Positions 61,918 through 64,000 of a stretch of 64,000 nucleotides of DNA are shown in pieces. The notes below the pieces were generated by a model. That model saw only the letters and a program-made list of their open reading frames with translations. It was not told the DNA's origin and did no database searches. The translations under genes were made by a program, and so were the position numbers. The stretch lies in assembly GCA_965243205.1 (NCBI GenBank), contig CBDEUK010000002.1, positions 1,152,001 through 1,216,000 on the forward strand, read 5' to 3'. This DNA comes from Gammaproteobacteria bacterium (lineage in GTDB: Bacteria; Pseudomonadota; Gammaproteobacteria; Eutrophobiales; Eutrophobiaceae). Each line of letters begins with the position of its first letter. Position 1 is the stretch's first letter.

Positions 61918-63078
61918 TTATAGCTTCTTTAATGAGTAAGCGTAAGCCCACTCTAACCAAGGCAATAATTTTTCTAAATCCATTTTCTCAACCGTTGGGC
62001 CGCTCCAAACTCGTAAACCAACAGGAGCTTTGCGATAAGCGGAAATATCATAAGCAACGTCTTCTTGTTCTAACACTGTTACCATTGAATTGATAAACGT
62101 TTTTTGTGCAGTTTCATCTAAAGCTTTAAACGCATTTGAAACTATTTTTAAACATAATGATGTATTGGAATAAGTACCGTGATCATTAGGTAACCAATCA
62201 ATCCAATCAGTATCTCTAACCCATTCGTTAATCACTTGGAAGTTTTTATCGCACCGTTGAATTAAATTTTCTAAACCTCCAATTGACTCTGCCCAGTCTA
62301 AACTAGAGTGCAAATCTTCAACCGCCAATAAGCTTTGTGTATTCAACGTTGAACCAATAAATGTTTCTTTATTAAACACACCGTCTTCCGTTATTCGAAA
62401 ATTTTTGGGGATTGGTCTATCAGGTTTAAAAGTTTCAAACCGTTGAATTGCATTAGGACTTAAGGCCAACATGCCATAGCCAGCTTCGCCGCCTAAAGCT
62501 TTTTGCCATGACCATGTCACGACATCTAACTTTGAATAATCTAATTCATTGGCAAACACAGCTGACGTTGCATCACAAATAGTTAATCCTGTGCGTTCAC
62601 TTTGGATCCAGTCTAAATTCGGTACTCGAACACCACTCGTTGTTCCGTTGTAAACAAATACACAATCACGATTAGGATTGGCCAATGATAGATCTGAAAT
62701 ATCACCATACTCCGCACGATAAATATTCACATCGTCTAGCTGCAGCTCACGCTCTATATCATAAGCCCAATCATTGGAAAAACTTTCCCAAACAAAGGCA
62801 TCAACTCCCCTCTCGCCAAGCAGATTCCATAAAGCCAATTCAAACGCACCAGTATTCGAACCTGGGATCACAGCCATGCCCCAATCACCAGGAAGTTGCA
62901 TCAACTTTGAAGAACGTTGAATTGCTTGATGAATTCTAGCCTGGGCAGTTTTCGAACGATGGTTACGTCCCAACACATCTAATTGAAACGTTTTAGGATC
63001 CCAGCCTGAATGTTTACGGCACGGCCCACAGGAAAAACGTGGGTTATCTGGCTTTATTGTTGGTTTTTTAGCATTCAT
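61918..63078 (-). CDS. serC: Phosphoserine aminotransferase, alphaproteobacterial/Methanosarcina type
   Basis: KPDNPRFSCGPC, NGTTSGV, CDATSAVFA, TWSWQKALGGE (PLP lysine), YRKAPVGLRVW. Confidence 0.85.
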   Translation of the reverse strand: MNAKKPTIKPDNPRFSCGPCRKHSGWDPKTFQLDVLGRNHRSKTAQARIHQAIQRSSKLMQLPGDWGMAVIPGSNTGAFELALWNLLGERGVDAFVWESFSNDWAYDIERELQLDDVNIYRAEYGDISDLSLANPNRDCVFVYNGTTSGVRVPNLDWIQSERTGLTICDATSAVFANELDYSKLDVVTWSWQKALGGEAGYGMLALSPNAIQRFETFKPDRPIPKNFRITEDGVFNKETFIGSTLNTQSLLAVEDLHSSLDWAESIGGLENLIQRCDKNFQVINEWVRDTDWIDWLPNDHGTYSNTSLCLKIVSNAFKALDETAQKTFINSMVTVLEQEDVAYDISAYRKAPVGLRVWSGPTVEKMDLEKLLPWLEWAYAYSLKKL

Positions 63079-63188
63079 TTAAAGATATTACACAATCTAT
63101 ATTGCATCGCACAAATTTCTATTCTATTATGTTGCATTGCATTATTTTGAAACAAATTATCTTACACGAAGAAGAAGGTAGTGAGGAT

Positions 63189-64000
63189 ATGACAAACAAT
63201 AAAACCCCATATAAAAAACTGGGGCAGCTTAGTATTGCCCAAACTCTTTATGACTTTGTAGAACAAGAGCTCATTCCAGAGACTGAGGTTGGAATCGAGA
63301 AGTTCTGGTCATCCCTAGAACACATCATTGATCAAATAGAACCCAGAAATTCTGAACTATTGGCATTTCGCGATGAACTACAAACTAACATTGATCAATG
63401 GCATAAAAACAATCCTAATCATGACCATGAAGCATACAAATCCTATCTGCAAGAGATAGGCTATTTAGTAGAACCCCCAGCCGATTTCCAAATTGATACA
63501 AATAATCTAGACAAAGAAATTGCTGAAGTCGCAGGACCGCAATTAGTCGTTCCATTAGACAACGCGCGTTATGTACTAAACGCTGCTAATGCCCGTTGGG
63601 GTAGTTTATACGATGCCTTTTACAGCACCGATACCATTACCGAAGCCAATGGTTGTCGGAAGATAAAAAAATACAATCCCATCCGTGGTGAACGTGTTAT
63701 TGAACGCACTCGCCATTTTCTCGATCGTCACTTTGCACTAGAACGTGATACACATAAACATGTTGTTTTATATTTTGTAAAAAATCAACAACTGCATGTT
63801 GAGTTTGGTGATGGAACAGGAACGACTTTATTAAAACCCGATCAATTTATTGGCTACACAGGTGCAGCAGAAAAACCCGATTCCGTTTTGCTCAAACATC
63901 ATGGTTTACATGTCGAAATAAAATTTGGTGAAGGTTACTTTATAGGCCGTCGCGATCACGCCAATGTTTATGATGTTCAAATTGAATCCGCATTAACTAC
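63189..64000 (+). CDS. glcB: Malate synthase G (truncated by the window edge)
   Basis: Manual translation: ...YLQEIGYL...EIAEVAGPQLVVPLDNARYVLNAANARWGSLYDAFY...IESALT. Not in the ORF track. Confidence 0.95.
   Translation, partial: MTNNKTPYKKLGQLSIAQTLYDFVEQELIPETEVGIEKFWSSLEHIIDQIEPRNSELLAFRDELQTNIDQWHKNNPNHDHEAYKSYLQEIGYLVEPPADFQIDTNNLDKEIAEVAGPQLVVPLDNARYVLNAANARWGSLYDAFYSTDTITEANGCRKIKKYNPIRGERVIERTRHFLDRHFALERDTHKHVVLYFVKNQQLHVEFGDGTGTTLLKPDQFIGYTGAAEKPDSVLLKHHGLHVEIKFGEGYFIGRRDHANVYDVQIESALT

Overview
AT-rich chromosomal window from a bacterium, most likely a gammaproteobacterium (tmRNA tag ANDDNYALAA; gene orders rnfH-ratA/smpB-ssrA, lptD-surA-pdxA-rsmA, apaG-apaH, lgt-thyA-folA, glnK-amtB/ubiK-comM). 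No integrase, transposase, CRISPR array, rRNA or tRNA was found. Accessory genes are interleaved with the core genes: four VPLP[A/P]-CTERM (PEP-CTERM-like) surface proteins downstream of tmRNA, two RND systems (one with a TolC fused to a solute-binding-like domain, lying between thyA and folA), three GGDEF proteins, HDOD proteins (one fused to a Ser/Thr kinase), an orphan MlaC-like lipoprotein and a membrane protein with an AIM24-like tail. The most interesting signals are non-coding: a GGA-rich structured region after tmRNA (Csr/Rsm-like sRNA candidate), a ~120-nt hairpin in the PEP carboxykinase leader, an 18-bp operator-like motif shared by pckG and glcB, a set of sigma-28-type promoters, NtrC/sigma-54 promoters and a DnaA-box cluster. 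All calls come from reading motifs by eye; no database searches or folding calculations were run.
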